A stretch of DNA of 64,000 nt from NCBI GenBank assembly GCA_000004985.1, contig GG738845.1; one strand, given 5' to 3'. The stretch comes from Naegleria gruberi. Taxonomy: Eukaryota. The notes under the pieces were generated by a model that saw only the letters and a program-made list of their open reading frames with translations, did not search any database and was not told the origin of the DNA. The number at the start of each line of letters is the position of its first letter. The stretch's first letter is position 1. Position numbers and translations under genes: made by a program. Positions 41,583-50,874 of this stretch are shown here, one piece after another.

Positions 41583-43325
41583 TTAAAGATCTCCATCGTT
41601 TGGATCTTTTTGATTCTTATATTTGTGGAATAATCTCAATGTTTCCAGTGTTCTGGCAAATCTTTCTTTGGGATCTGAAATATGTGGACCATCAGATTCA
41701 TTCTCTCTTTCTGGAGATTTAGATGGTGAAGGTTCAACCTCTTTCTTTGGAGACCAACTCGTGTTTGGAATGTCAGTGTCCAATTCATACTGCTTAATAA
41801 TGGCAAAAATTTGGTCATCTGTCAAACTAAAGTTACTGTCAGAAGTACCTGCACTAATATTGTCATCATCTCCAAAGTAAGAATCATCATCCTTATGGAT
41901 AATACCTTGGCCTCTTTTTTGGTAAAAATTATGAAGGAAAGTTTCTCTGAACTTCTCCTTCTTTTCGAGACCTTCTAGACCTTGCTTATATAGCCTATCA
42001 CCGAAAGGTTCAGATCTTTTCAAGTTGGAAGCCTTACTTGTGATATTAGGGTTGTGTTGGGCTTTCTCTTGCTTGATGTAAGACTCTATATATTTTCGTT
42101 TCTTATGGTTTTTGATGAACTCCCATTCGTAATTCCTCTCAAAAACGTCGTTTGAGGTCTGAAATGTGCTTGGTGTCTTTTTTGTTTGTTCTGCTATCTT
42201 TCTGGATCTACTACTTAAATTTGGTCTGAATGTACATCCATCAACTTCCTTTTGTTTAACTTGATCCTTTAGGCTTTTGAGGCGTTCTTTCTTTTCTTCT
42301 CTCCAATTAAGAAGAACTGTCACATCTCTATTCATCTTTTGAGACTTTTTAGTTATTTCAGGTTTGAATTTTAGCTCATTCTCCTCAATTTTGGAAAATT
42401 CTTGTTTCTTCTTTTCAATATGTTTCATCTTTTCTACTACAAAGGTGGATACTCTGTCGTCAAGTGTACTTCCTGGAGAGATCAATTGTCGTGATCTTTC
42501 ATTGATAACTGGTTGAAATGTATTATTCTTACAATAGTCCTCCTCTCTTTCATTAACAATTTTCTCTATTTTCTTTGCCTTTTTTTCGTATGGTCTATTT
42601 AATCTTTGCGCCAACTCGTCCCACTTTTCTTGACCAACTTCCTTCTTTGGTTTCTCTTCATTGATTTCACTGTTTATCTTATTCAATATGTAAATGGTTT
42701 CGTTTGGATCTTCTGTTTGGTTTAAATGCTCTCTAAAGGCGGATATAGATCTTTGCATTCTTGACTTAATGCTTGGAGCGACTGACTCCCATACGGGGCC
42801 TAACACAGCATCCTTCTTAGGTGAATCTTCCTTGTTTTTAGAATGACTCTCTAGATAACTTTTAAAATCTACAACACTACTGTTCATATTTTGCAATCCT
42901 ATTTTCGATAAATTATGTGAAATTCTAGAGTTACTAATCTCCAATGCCTTGCTATTATTTAAATCTGTATCTCCGAGAAGCTTTACCAATTGATTCACTG
43001 CTAATTCAAATTCATGATCACCAACATCAACTTGATCCGAATTTTCTTCCATTGTTGAAAGTTTCTGAACAAATTCATCATCAGACATGTCTTGGTAAAG
43101 TCCTAGCTGTTGAAATAACCTAGATGTATTCTTAGGGGAGTCTCTTCTCTCTGATAAAGGATTTCCTGGGCTTAATTGTATTGTTAAATTATTCTTATTA
43201 ATAGGAGAGGGTGGGCTTAAGGCCTTATTATTTGTAAGCTCTCCATCAGACTCATAATTCCTAACTTTTGATAAGGCGTTGTTACGAACGCTTAGTTTGA
43301 ACAAATCGGTCTGATTATGACTCAT
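41583..43325 (-). CDS. Hypothetical protein with four F/H-x-P-x-(I/L)-x3-S-x2-(L/M/I) mini-repeats, about 580 aa
   Basis: The track start at 43382 is TTG; the first in-frame ATG is 43325 (MSHNQTD). The repeats are TFQPVINERSRQL, KFKPEITKKSQKM, TFRPNLSSRSRKI and HNPNITSKASNL. I can name no family confidently. Confidence 0.5.
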   Translation of the reverse strand: MSHNQTDLFKLSVRNNALSKVRNYESDGELTNNKALSPPSPINKNNLTIQLSPGNPLSERRDSPKNTSRLFQQLGLYQDMSDDEFVQKLSTMEENSDQVDVGDHEFELAVNQLVKLLGDTDLNNSKALEISNSRISHNLSKIGLQNMNSSVVDFKSYLESHSKNKEDSPKKDAVLGPVWESVAPSIKSRMQRSISAFREHLNQTEDPNETIYILNKINSEINEEKPKKEVGQEKWDELAQRLNRPYEKKAKKIEKIVNEREEDYCKNNTFQPVINERSRQLISPGSTLDDRVSTFVVEKMKHIEKKKQEFSKIEENELKFKPEITKKSQKMNRDVTVLLNWREEKKERLKSLKDQVKQKEVDGCTFRPNLSSRSRKIAEQTKKTPSTFQTSNDVFERNYEWEFIKNHKKRKYIESYIKQEKAQHNPNITSKASNLKRSEPFGDRLYKQGLEGLEKKEKFRETFLHNFYQKRGQGIIHKDDDSYFGDDDNISAGTSDSNFSLTDDQIFAIIKQYELDTDIPNTSWSPKKEVEPSPSKSPERENESDGPHISDPKERFARTLETLRLFHKYKNQKDPNDGDL

Positions 43326-43557
43326 TAGCGTAACGGTATTTTTTTTAAGGTAATACTGTGCAATGTTGTAACTTGGTTGCAAGATTAAATATTTGGGATA
43401 AAATGGTCAAGTCTTCAAATACTCCCCTATGCATCCTTTTGGTGATTTTCAACTTTTTTTGACCAGGTAATGTTCTGTTAACAATAAACATATGATGTTA
43501 TTATGTTTCAAATAATAAATAATATTATCCAATGGAACAAATAACATTAAATAAAAA

Positions 43558-44340
43558 ATGGACAGAAAATCATCATCAATGATGTTCGATCCAATCATCA
43601 CAACAGACGTCGATGACTTGGTGGAGGAAGAAGAAAACGATCAATTATTAGCAACAAAAACATGGAGAGATGAACTCTTCTTACGTTTTAGACCAATAGT
43701 TAATGAGGATACAGCATTGGAGTATTTTTGCAATAGATCAAACCCTTTCTATTCGAAAAAGTCTGTCAATGAAACACTCCGAATGCAACAAACAGGAGGT
43801 ATCATTGATAGGAATGCTCTCCTAGAATCAACAGAGGGTATTCGATATTCTGTTGACTCTAAACGATCAAAACCTCCTTCCCTCTTCATCATTAAAAAAG
43901 AGAAGGTGGAAAAGAAGGATAGGAATGCTCCAAAATTATTGAATTTGTACTATATAGCTGCGGAAGCTGGTGTTGTTTATCAGTCACCTTCTGTTTATGA
44001 CGTGATACAAGCAAGATCTTTTAATTCTCTTTCTCTGTTGAATCAAACTTTCAAGGAAATACAACCTCATGTTGAATACACAACAAATGATGTGACTGTT
44101 CTCTCTAGTCCATTAGCAAAAAAGGATGGAAACAAATCGGAGGAAGAGGATCGTTTTGTTGTTGCCAACTTACCTCCTTATTCTGTAGAGATGCAAAACC
44201 ATGTTTCCCGACTTATCGACCTGTTAGATATTGACACAAACACATTGATACAAAACAAACAAAACAAGAATGCCTTCCAAATTCAACCATCAATAGATCC
44301 AAATTATCAACAACCTGCCACAATAAAGGAAGAGCATTGA
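43558..44340 (+). CDS. MED6: Mediator complex subunit 6, 260 aa
   Basis: TWRDELFLRFRPIVNEDTALEYFCNRSNPFYSKKSVNETLRMQ...LFIIKKEKV......LNLYYI matches the MED6 domain pattern. Confidence 0.75.
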   Translation: MDRKSSSMMFDPIITTDVDDLVEEEENDQLLATKTWRDELFLRFRPIVNEDTALEYFCNRSNPFYSKKSVNETLRMQQTGGIIDRNALLESTEGIRYSVDSKRSKPPSLFIIKKEKVEKKDRNAPKLLNLYYIAAEAGVVYQSPSVYDVIQARSFNSLSLLNQTFKEIQPHVEYTTNDVTVLSSPLAKKDGNKSEEEDRFVVANLPPYSVEMQNHVSRLIDLLDIDTNTLIQNKQNKNAFQIQPSIDPNYQQPATIKEEH

Positions 44341-44385
44341 GAATTGAATTATTAATTATTTGAAATTTGAATAATACTTTAAAAA

Positions 44386-44868
44386 ATGTCACCACAAGAG
44401 GAAAGTGTGGAGGATAATTCTGATGATAATAGTGTTGATGATGATAATGCAAAGTCTGACACAACACACAACAGCAATGACACTATTGGAGGTGATGATA
44501 CAACTACCAATCAAGAGGATATCCATAGAAGAAATGATCGCTTGATGGCTAAACAATTCCGAAAGTCAGCCATCGAAACTATTGACGAGAAGAGAGAATT
44601 ATTTATTGAATATAAGAAGGAACAAAAAGGAAGAATGATTTCTTTTCTCACATGTATTTTAACAGATCCTCTTACCCCAATATTTAATCAATTCTTTAAC
44701 GAATATTTGACTCCGATCAACTTTTCAATCTTTGAGGGGATTCAAGCTGAACAAGTTAAGAAGCTCATAGTATCCCAAGAACAAATTGAAATGTTGCAAC
44801 ATGCCTTTCAGAAAGGGGATGAAGAAAAGAACATTTTTCAAATTCAAACAAAACCTAAAATGGAATGA
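44386..44868 (+). CDS. Hypothetical acidic protein, 160 aa
   Basis: Clean ORF with an A-tract before the ATG. No recognisable domain. Confidence 0.4.
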   Translation: MSPQEESVEDNSDDNSVDDDNAKSDTTHNSNDTIGGDDTTTNQEDIHRRNDRLMAKQFRKSAIETIDEKRELFIEYKKEQKGRMISFLTCILTDPLTPIFNQFFNEYLTPINFSIFEGIQAEQVKKLIVSQEQIEMLQHAFQKGDEEKNIFQIQTKPKME

Positions 44869-45080
44869 TACAATTTTTCCCCATGGAAAAATAAGAGTTT
44901 TGTCAAATGTTGATTATATGAGATATTTAACAAGGGTATTATTTAAATCTCAAAAGGAAGAGATTGAAATCAATCATATTGTATGGACATTGAGTTTCAA
45001 TAGTAGTTACTGAAGAGTAGAGTACAAGAAAAAACCTCAAACAATCTTGAGAAGAATTATAAATGTAATAATTTTAAAAT

Positions 45081-45090
45081 CCCGCCAAAA
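45081..45090 (+). promoter_or_regulatory. E2F-type element CCCGCCAAAA, 47 nt upstream of ATG 45128
   Basis: Read directly: TTAAAATCCCGCCAAAATTATTAC. Confidence 0.5.
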
Positions 45091-45127
45091 TTATTACATT
45101 TTGCACAAACTTTGACAAAAAAAACAT

Positions 45128-46291
45128 ATGGCCATCGCTACCTCTCCAAAGTCTTCAGTGCTAAAAGCCACAAACACAAGCACGGGAGCAACCTCAACTC
45201 CACCAACATCACATACATCCCCGAAGAGAAATAATAACAACAATAAGGATGGACAACAAGTGTTGAGGAAGATTTATAGGTGCGACTCTGAAATTAAACG
45301 TATGAAGGAACAAGATGAAAAGCAACTACGAATAGAAAGATTAAAACAAGTCAGACAAATGGCTATGGATATTGCAAAAAACAAGACAAAACAATATGCA
45401 CAAGCAAAGGAAAAGGAAAATCAAAGTAATTTGAAGGTAATCAAAAAAGCATGGGAAGAAAGAAAGGAAGAAGAGATTGATCAACTCCAAACAGAGTTGG
45501 ATTATGCTAGAAAAAAAGCTGGTGAAGCCAATAGGAATGCACTCCAATTTAATAAGGAATTCCATCTTCAACAACAGAAGAAACATGAGCAAAATAAGGC
45601 AAACGCTTTAATAGCTCAACAGAGGTTTGATAAATGTGTCAGTATTGTCAAACAAAGACAGGTCGAGAATCAAAAGAAAAAGGATAATCTCTTTGAAAGA
45701 ATTGAAAAATCAAAGAACATGGAATATCCAGAAATTGAGCCTGTCCACAATGGATATGAAAAGTTGTTTGCAGTTCCATCTCGTGACCTGAATGATGTAG
45801 TGGCTGGTTGGAATCCTACCAAAAAGAGAGAAGACCAGGGAATTTACGAGACGACGTTTAATCACCAAATGGTTTTAGAACCAACCTCACCAGAAAAGCA
45901 AACAGCTATTAAAGTTAATCAACATGTGGTCAAACATTTTGATAAACAGGCTGGTGTTGATGTAAATAATGAACAAGCCGAATTGACCTTAGAGGAAAAA
46001 AAGAGGACAGCTTTGCAAAGAGCATTTTCAGAAAAGAGATTTGCAAGAAAAGCCGCAGAAAAGGTGCGAAATGAAAAATTTAATGAGATTATTGTTGAAG
46101 AATTAGAACGAGTATCCAAAATTGATAGACAACTTAAAGTTGAGTCCATACAGAATCCTTCTAGAAATACTCTGGCAGACAATCAATACAAGAAGAAAAA
46201 GCAAATGGAACTGGAAAGAAAATTTGAAGAGCTCTTCAGAAATAGGGTCCATTTTGCAGATAAACCAGAAGAAAAGAGCAGTTACTTTTAA
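45128..46291 (+). CDS. Coiled-coil K/E/Q-rich protein, 387 aa (family not recognised; possibly ciliary or centrosomal)
   Basis: Clean ORF with heptad-like charged sequence throughout. The only hint of a flagellar link is the shared upstream motif. Confidence 0.5.
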   Translation: MAIATSPKSSVLKATNTSTGATSTPPTSHTSPKRNNNNNKDGQQVLRKIYRCDSEIKRMKEQDEKQLRIERLKQVRQMAMDIAKNKTKQYAQAKEKENQSNLKVIKKAWEERKEEEIDQLQTELDYARKKAGEANRNALQFNKEFHLQQQKKHEQNKANALIAQQRFDKCVSIVKQRQVENQKKKDNLFERIEKSKNMEYPEIEPVHNGYEKLFAVPSRDLNDVVAGWNPTKKREDQGIYETTFNHQMVLEPTSPEKQTAIKVNQHVVKHFDKQAGVDVNNEQAELTLEEKKRTALQRAFSEKRFARKAAEKVRNEKFNEIIVEELERVSKIDRQLKVESIQNPSRNTLADNQYKKKKQMELERKFEELFRNRVHFADKPEEKSSYF

Positions 46292-46295
46292 TAAA

Positions 46296-47006
46296 TTATT
46301 GTTTTACAAATTCTCCTGAATCAGTTTGGTCGTAATCTTCATTGAAAGTTGCATTGCCCTTATTGGAAGTAGTTGGTGCAGCTCTCACTTGCTCATTGGT
46401 TTCATAATACTTGACAGCTCTCTTGGAATCAACATAATTGAAAAGTCTTTCCATAATATCAGAATCCCTCCATCGTTCTGGTAATTTTTCTTTCCATTCA
46501 GGATCTTGTCTATCAGTTTCAGTTGCAATAAGCCAATTATACAAGTCACTGTCATGTTCACAGAGTAAATCATAAAATTCCTCAAGATCTGACCATTGAG
46601 TCATCTTTGGAACATTCTCTCTAGCAAAACCACCCAAGAAGAGTTCAGTTTCAACACGACCTCTATTTCTACAATACATGAGGATACGACGTTTTATATT
46701 GTCCATAAAAGCTTGTTCCTCTACTGGTGTCATATCTTTGATTGATTTTCCTTCTGTTACTGCCTTTTCTAAAATTTCATGAAAATATGGTGGACGGAAG
46801 TCTGGAATACTCTTGATAATCTCTTCATCAGTTAAATATTCTTCTTGTTGTTCATTTTCGGAAATGTCTTCTTCCGCATTATTATTTGAAAATTTAATAC
46901 ATTGTGTTGAAAAACGTGCCAATGAGAGATGATTAAAATTCTTGGTGAGAGGTATGTGGTTAAATTTCTTGATTGAGCAAAATTGATACTTGATTAAACG
47001 ATTCAT
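46296..47006 (-). CDS. SDHAF2: Succinate dehydrogenase assembly factor 2 (SDH5/SDHAF2), 236 aa
   Basis: RILMYCRNRGRVETELFLGGFARENVPKMTQWSDLEEFYDLLCEHDSDLYNWL matches the Sdh5 flavinylation-factor core (R-G-x-x-E-x-D-L). The N-terminus looks like a presequence. Confidence 0.8.
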   Translation of the reverse strand: MNRLIKYQFCSIKKFNHIPLTKNFNHLSLARFSTQCIKFSNNNAEEDISENEQQEEYLTDEEIIKSIPDFRPPYFHEILEKAVTEGKSIKDMTPVEEQAFMDNIKRRILMYCRNRGRVETELFLGGFARENVPKMTQWSDLEEFYDLLCEHDSDLYNWLIATETDRQDPEWKEKLPERWRDSDIMERLFNYVDSKRAVKYYETNEQVRAAPTTSNKGNATFNEDYDQTDSGEFVKQ

Positions 47007-47160
47007 TTTTTTTTTAAATTGATAGTAAAATTAATTGAATATTTAATTTTCATTCTCCGAAATTTATTGGGTTAAATACAAAATCAAGAAATTGAAAAGA
47101 ATAATAAAGAGAATGAATTAATAAGGTTGGTGGTTAGTGTTTTATTGGTACAATTTATAT

Positions 47161-47628
47161 TTACTTTTGCATCATCATCTTGACGAATTCAGTATAGTTG
47201 ATTTGGTTATCACCGTCAATATCGGCTTCACGAATCATTTCATCAACTTCTTCGTCTGTGAGTTTTTCACCTAGGTTGCACATAACGTGTCTGAGTTCTT
47301 GAGCAGAAATGAAACCGTTTCCGTCCTTATCGAAAACTTTGAAAGCTTCCTTGATTTCTTCTTCGTTATCAGTATCCTTCATCTTCTTGGCCATCATTGT
47401 CAAAAATTCAGTGAAATCTATTGTTCCATTACCATCAGCATCAACTTCGTTAATCATGTCGTGGAGTTCTGCTTCAGTTGGGTTTTGTCCCAATGATCTC
47501 ATAACAGTTCCCAATTCGCTTGTAGTAATAGTACCATCACCGTCCTTATCGAACAGAGAGAAGGCTTCCTTAAATTCAGCGATTTGTTCTTCAGTTAATT
47601 CGTTATTGCTAATAGCTTCTCTACTCAT
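47161..47628 (-). CDS. CaM-1: Calmodulin with N-terminal extension (flagellar CaM-1 type), 155 aa
   Basis: [55 protein letters not shown]...; four canonical EF-hands. The track ORF extends to a TTG at 47730, but the calmodulin starts at ATG 47628. Confidence 0.95.
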   Translation of the reverse strand: MSREAISNNELTEEQIAEFKEAFSLFDKDGDGTITTSELGTVMRSLGQNPTEAELHDMINEVDADGNGTIDFTEFLTMMAKKMKDTDNEEEIKEAFKVFDKDGNGFISAQELRHVMCNLGEKLTDEEVDEMIREADIDGDNQINYTEFVKMMMQK

Positions 47629-47719
47629 TTTGTATACAAGGGTCTTCGTTAGGGATTTTTTTAAGGTTATGTTTTTATTCGGTTGATGTATTGGCCAATT
47701 TATTGTAACTACAGTATTT

Positions 47720-47731
47720 TTTGGCGCCAAA
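47720..47731. promoter_or_regulatory. Perfect 12-nt palindrome TTTGGCGCCAAA (double E2F-type half-sites), 92 nt upstream of the calmodulin ATG
   Basis: Read directly at 47720-47731, in the calmodulin/CDK20 divergent intergenic region. Confidence 0.45.
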
Positions 47732-47843
47732 GATTTACAACGTTGTTTTCGTAGGCGAACTGGTTAGAAAGCGCGTCTTCTAGATTAATTGGCCTTTCAT
47801 CGCTAATCACACTCACTACAAAATTCAGAACCACAAGAGATGA

Positions 47844-47851
47844 GCGCCAAA
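47844..47851 (+). promoter_or_regulatory. E2F-type half-site GCGCCAAA in the calmodulin/CDK20 intergenic region
   Basis: Read directly: GATGAGCGCCAAACAAG. It lies about 400 nt upstream of the CDK20 ATG. Confidence 0.3.
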
Positions 47852-48257
47852 CAAGTGCTATCAGTGCGACAATTAGGAAAATAGCGAACCCTTAATGAAT
47901 GGAAGGTTATTATCTTCTCATAAACAATGATCACTTTATAAACCAATACTTTTTCTCATCAGCATATATGGTTTTAACATTGTTTTTTTTGAAATATGTC
48001 GTAATGGGTTATGGTTGAATACAGGTCCTACTACTAGTTCCTTATTGGATGTTTCCCTCATGTGGAAGTTGTGCCCCATGAGTTGAACTTTGTTAAGGTA
48101 CTTTGTCATCCCTATATTCACAACTTTTGAAGAGTGACCAATTGTTATCTTTGAGTATTGGTGGGTTTAAAAGGATGATTTTTGTTCGAACACGCTCATA
48201 CAATGGTTTCATACAAATGAATCAAAGAAGTTGGTTTTGTATGCAACAAAGTAAAAA

Positions 48258-49285
48258 ATGGCCACAAACTACTTGATGGAAAATTATACAATTATTGAGA
48301 AGATTGGTGAGGGAACATTCGGACAAGTATTAAAAGCAAAAAGGTAAGTAGTAAAAGGAAGATAATGATCTTTAATATAATTTAGGAAGGCTGATGGACG
48401 AGTTGTGGCCTTAAAGAAAATTAGAATTAGGAAACAAGAATTTGAAGACTTTCCGAAAAATGTAATTAGAGAAGCAAAAAGTCTTCAACATGTGTGCCAC
48501 AATAATGTCATCAAGTTGTATGATGTCTTTGTGAATGGATCATCTCTTGTTCTCTCATTAGAATTTATGAAAACAGATTTGGCAAGAATTATTAAAGCCC
48601 AAAGGACACCCTTCCTTGAGTCTCATATCAAATGTATAATGCTAATGATGTTAAAGGGTCTCCACAATTGTCACACCAATAGTATCATGCACAGAGTATG
48701 TAGGAAAGTGTAATTATTTAGAAATTAATTATGTGGAATTATTAGGACATCAAACCTGCCAACTTACTTTTCAATCACAACGGAGAGTTAAAACTGGGAG
48801 ATTTTGGATTGGCTACGTTGTATCTTGGAAAGAATGAATCTTACTCACATCAAGTTGCAACAAGATGGTACAGAGCTCCAGAACTTTTGTATGGAAGTAG
48901 ATCTTATGATTGTAAAGTAGATATTTGGGCAGCTGGTTGTGTCATGGCAGAATTGTACAATCTTTGTCCCTTATTCACTGGTGAAAATGATATTGATCAA
49001 TTATATAAGGTACTTTCACTTTTGGGAATTCCTTCAGAAAATAATTGGCCAGGAGTTTCCAAGTTGCCAGATTTTGGCAAGATAACCTTCTCGAAAATTA
49101 AAGTGAGAACGATCAGTGAACTAGTTCCAGGAGCTCCTGATTTGGCTCTTGATCTTATGTCACATCTATTAAGATTTGACAATGATGAAAGATATAGTGC
49201 TGAGGAGGCCTTAAGACATCCATACTTTTTTAGTGAACCTTTGCCTTGTGATTTTTCAGAGCTTAAATTGCCAAACAAGATGTAG
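48258..49285 (+). CDS. CDK20: Cyclin-dependent kinase 20 (CCRK / LF2-type), 3 exons, 311 aa
   Basis: Exons are 48258..48343, 48386..48695 and 48746..49285. Introns are 42 and 50 nt (GTAAGT..TTTAG; GTATGT..ATTAG). Splicing restores GEGTFGQVLKAK|RKADGRVVALKKI and IMHR|DIKPANLL. SHQVATRWYRAPELLYG and HPYFFSEPLPCDFSELKLP parallel human CDK20. Confidence 0.85.
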
Positions 49286-49357
49286 TCGTACTTTGAGAGC
49301 TTTGAGAATAGCTAATCATTTCTTTTTTCAGGATGTATTGATACATTTTATTTACAA

Positions 49358-50620
49358 TTATTCTACAAGGGCTTCAAACTTATCAATTGGATCAGCATTG
49401 ATTGGTTCTGTATTGGAATTCCAATCAAACTTGAGAGAGACATACACTCCCTTATTATTACAAACGAGAATGGATTCATCATTAGTCTCAAAAGTACAAA
49501 CTGACACACCATCAATATTTGGATATTTAAATGTGCTAGTAGGTGTAGTTTCAAGAGGTTCATAAATTGTGGTTGTTACATAGCTCCAAATTGTTGATAG
49601 ACTAGAATTGGCAGAATTTTCAGTGTTGCTTGCTAGTCTGGCTTTCCACTCTTTAAAGTCTACTACAAACACATGGAGTGTCTCTCTAGAAACACACGAT
49701 ATCAAGTCTCCCTTATGATTAAAAGTGAGAGAATAAATTTCCTTTGCCAAATTACCTCTTCTGAATTCATGAATTTTCACACCTGTATCAATGTTGAACA
49801 CTCTTACCAACGTTCCCTTCTCAGAAACAGTTGCCAACATGGATCCATCCTGATTCAAGGCAACACATCTTATTGAAGATTCATGAGCTCTAATTGTAAT
49901 TTCAGAAATTATTTCATAATTTTCGTGGCCAATGGTAACAACCTTTACCTCTCCAACTTGTTCATCCAAAATAGCCAGCAAGTACTCTTTCTTTTGCTTA
50001 TTGTAAATAAAGGTGGATATACCATATGAATTGAGGGTTGTCTTCCATGAGTGTACTTGTCGTTTGGTTTGTAAATCAAAAATATACACCATATCCTCAG
50101 CAACAACAGCAAATCTGATAATTCAAGTTTGATTATTACAATAAATCAATTAAATATAATTAAAATCAAATAATAAACTTACAAATTCTTCTTTGAATGA
50201 ATACTTATAATATTCCTTGGGCAAATCAACTCATTTGTGACCTTTCTTTCTTTATAATTGTAAAAAACAACCTTATTCATTGCAAATGCTGGTCGAGAAC
50301 CTCCTCCGACAAGGGCAACTGTGCCCTTATCCTCATCCATGAAACAAACAAATGAAATTCCTCCATCAATAAATTCTAATGTTACGATGATGATTAGTCT
50401 AATCAACAATTTAAAACTCACTATGATCAAATACCCTCTCACAAAATCCGTAAGCACACGAAATAATTCTAAACCCTTGATCCTTTCCGTAGGCTAACAT
50501 TGTAGAATCTTGGTTAAATCCGATGAATAGAGTATTATTATTATTGGTGTTGCTATTCGATTGCTCTCCAACAGCATTGTCAGAACCAACATTACTTCTC
50601 GGAACGACCACAAAAGACAT
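49358..50620 (-). CDS. ATG18: WD-repeat phosphoinositide-interacting protein (PROPPIN; WIPI/Atg18), 3 exons, 382 aa
   Basis: Exons are 50620..50422, 50375..50183 and 50114..49358. Introns are 46 and 68 nt. LFIGFNQDSTMLAYG, ALVGGGSRPAFAMNKVVFYN and the FRRG lipid-binding motif (HEFRRGN) are present. Confidence 0.85.
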
Positions 50621-50874
50621 TTTTTACTTTTAGTTGTTTGAAACGTGTTATAACTAGATTTAAAAATAGGAAGGAATTGGAAGCAGTAATAACCATATGT
50701 TTAATTGATAAGAAAAAGGGAGGTTACATTTGGAGAGAAGGAAGAAAGGCAGTCCTCAATATGCAGATGAGACTTGGATCTTTGTAATTGAAAGAATGCT
50801 CTACTCTATTGTTTTAATTGTTTTAAAATGATGAAACGGTAACTTTTAAAAGAAACAATCACCATTTTAAAAAA

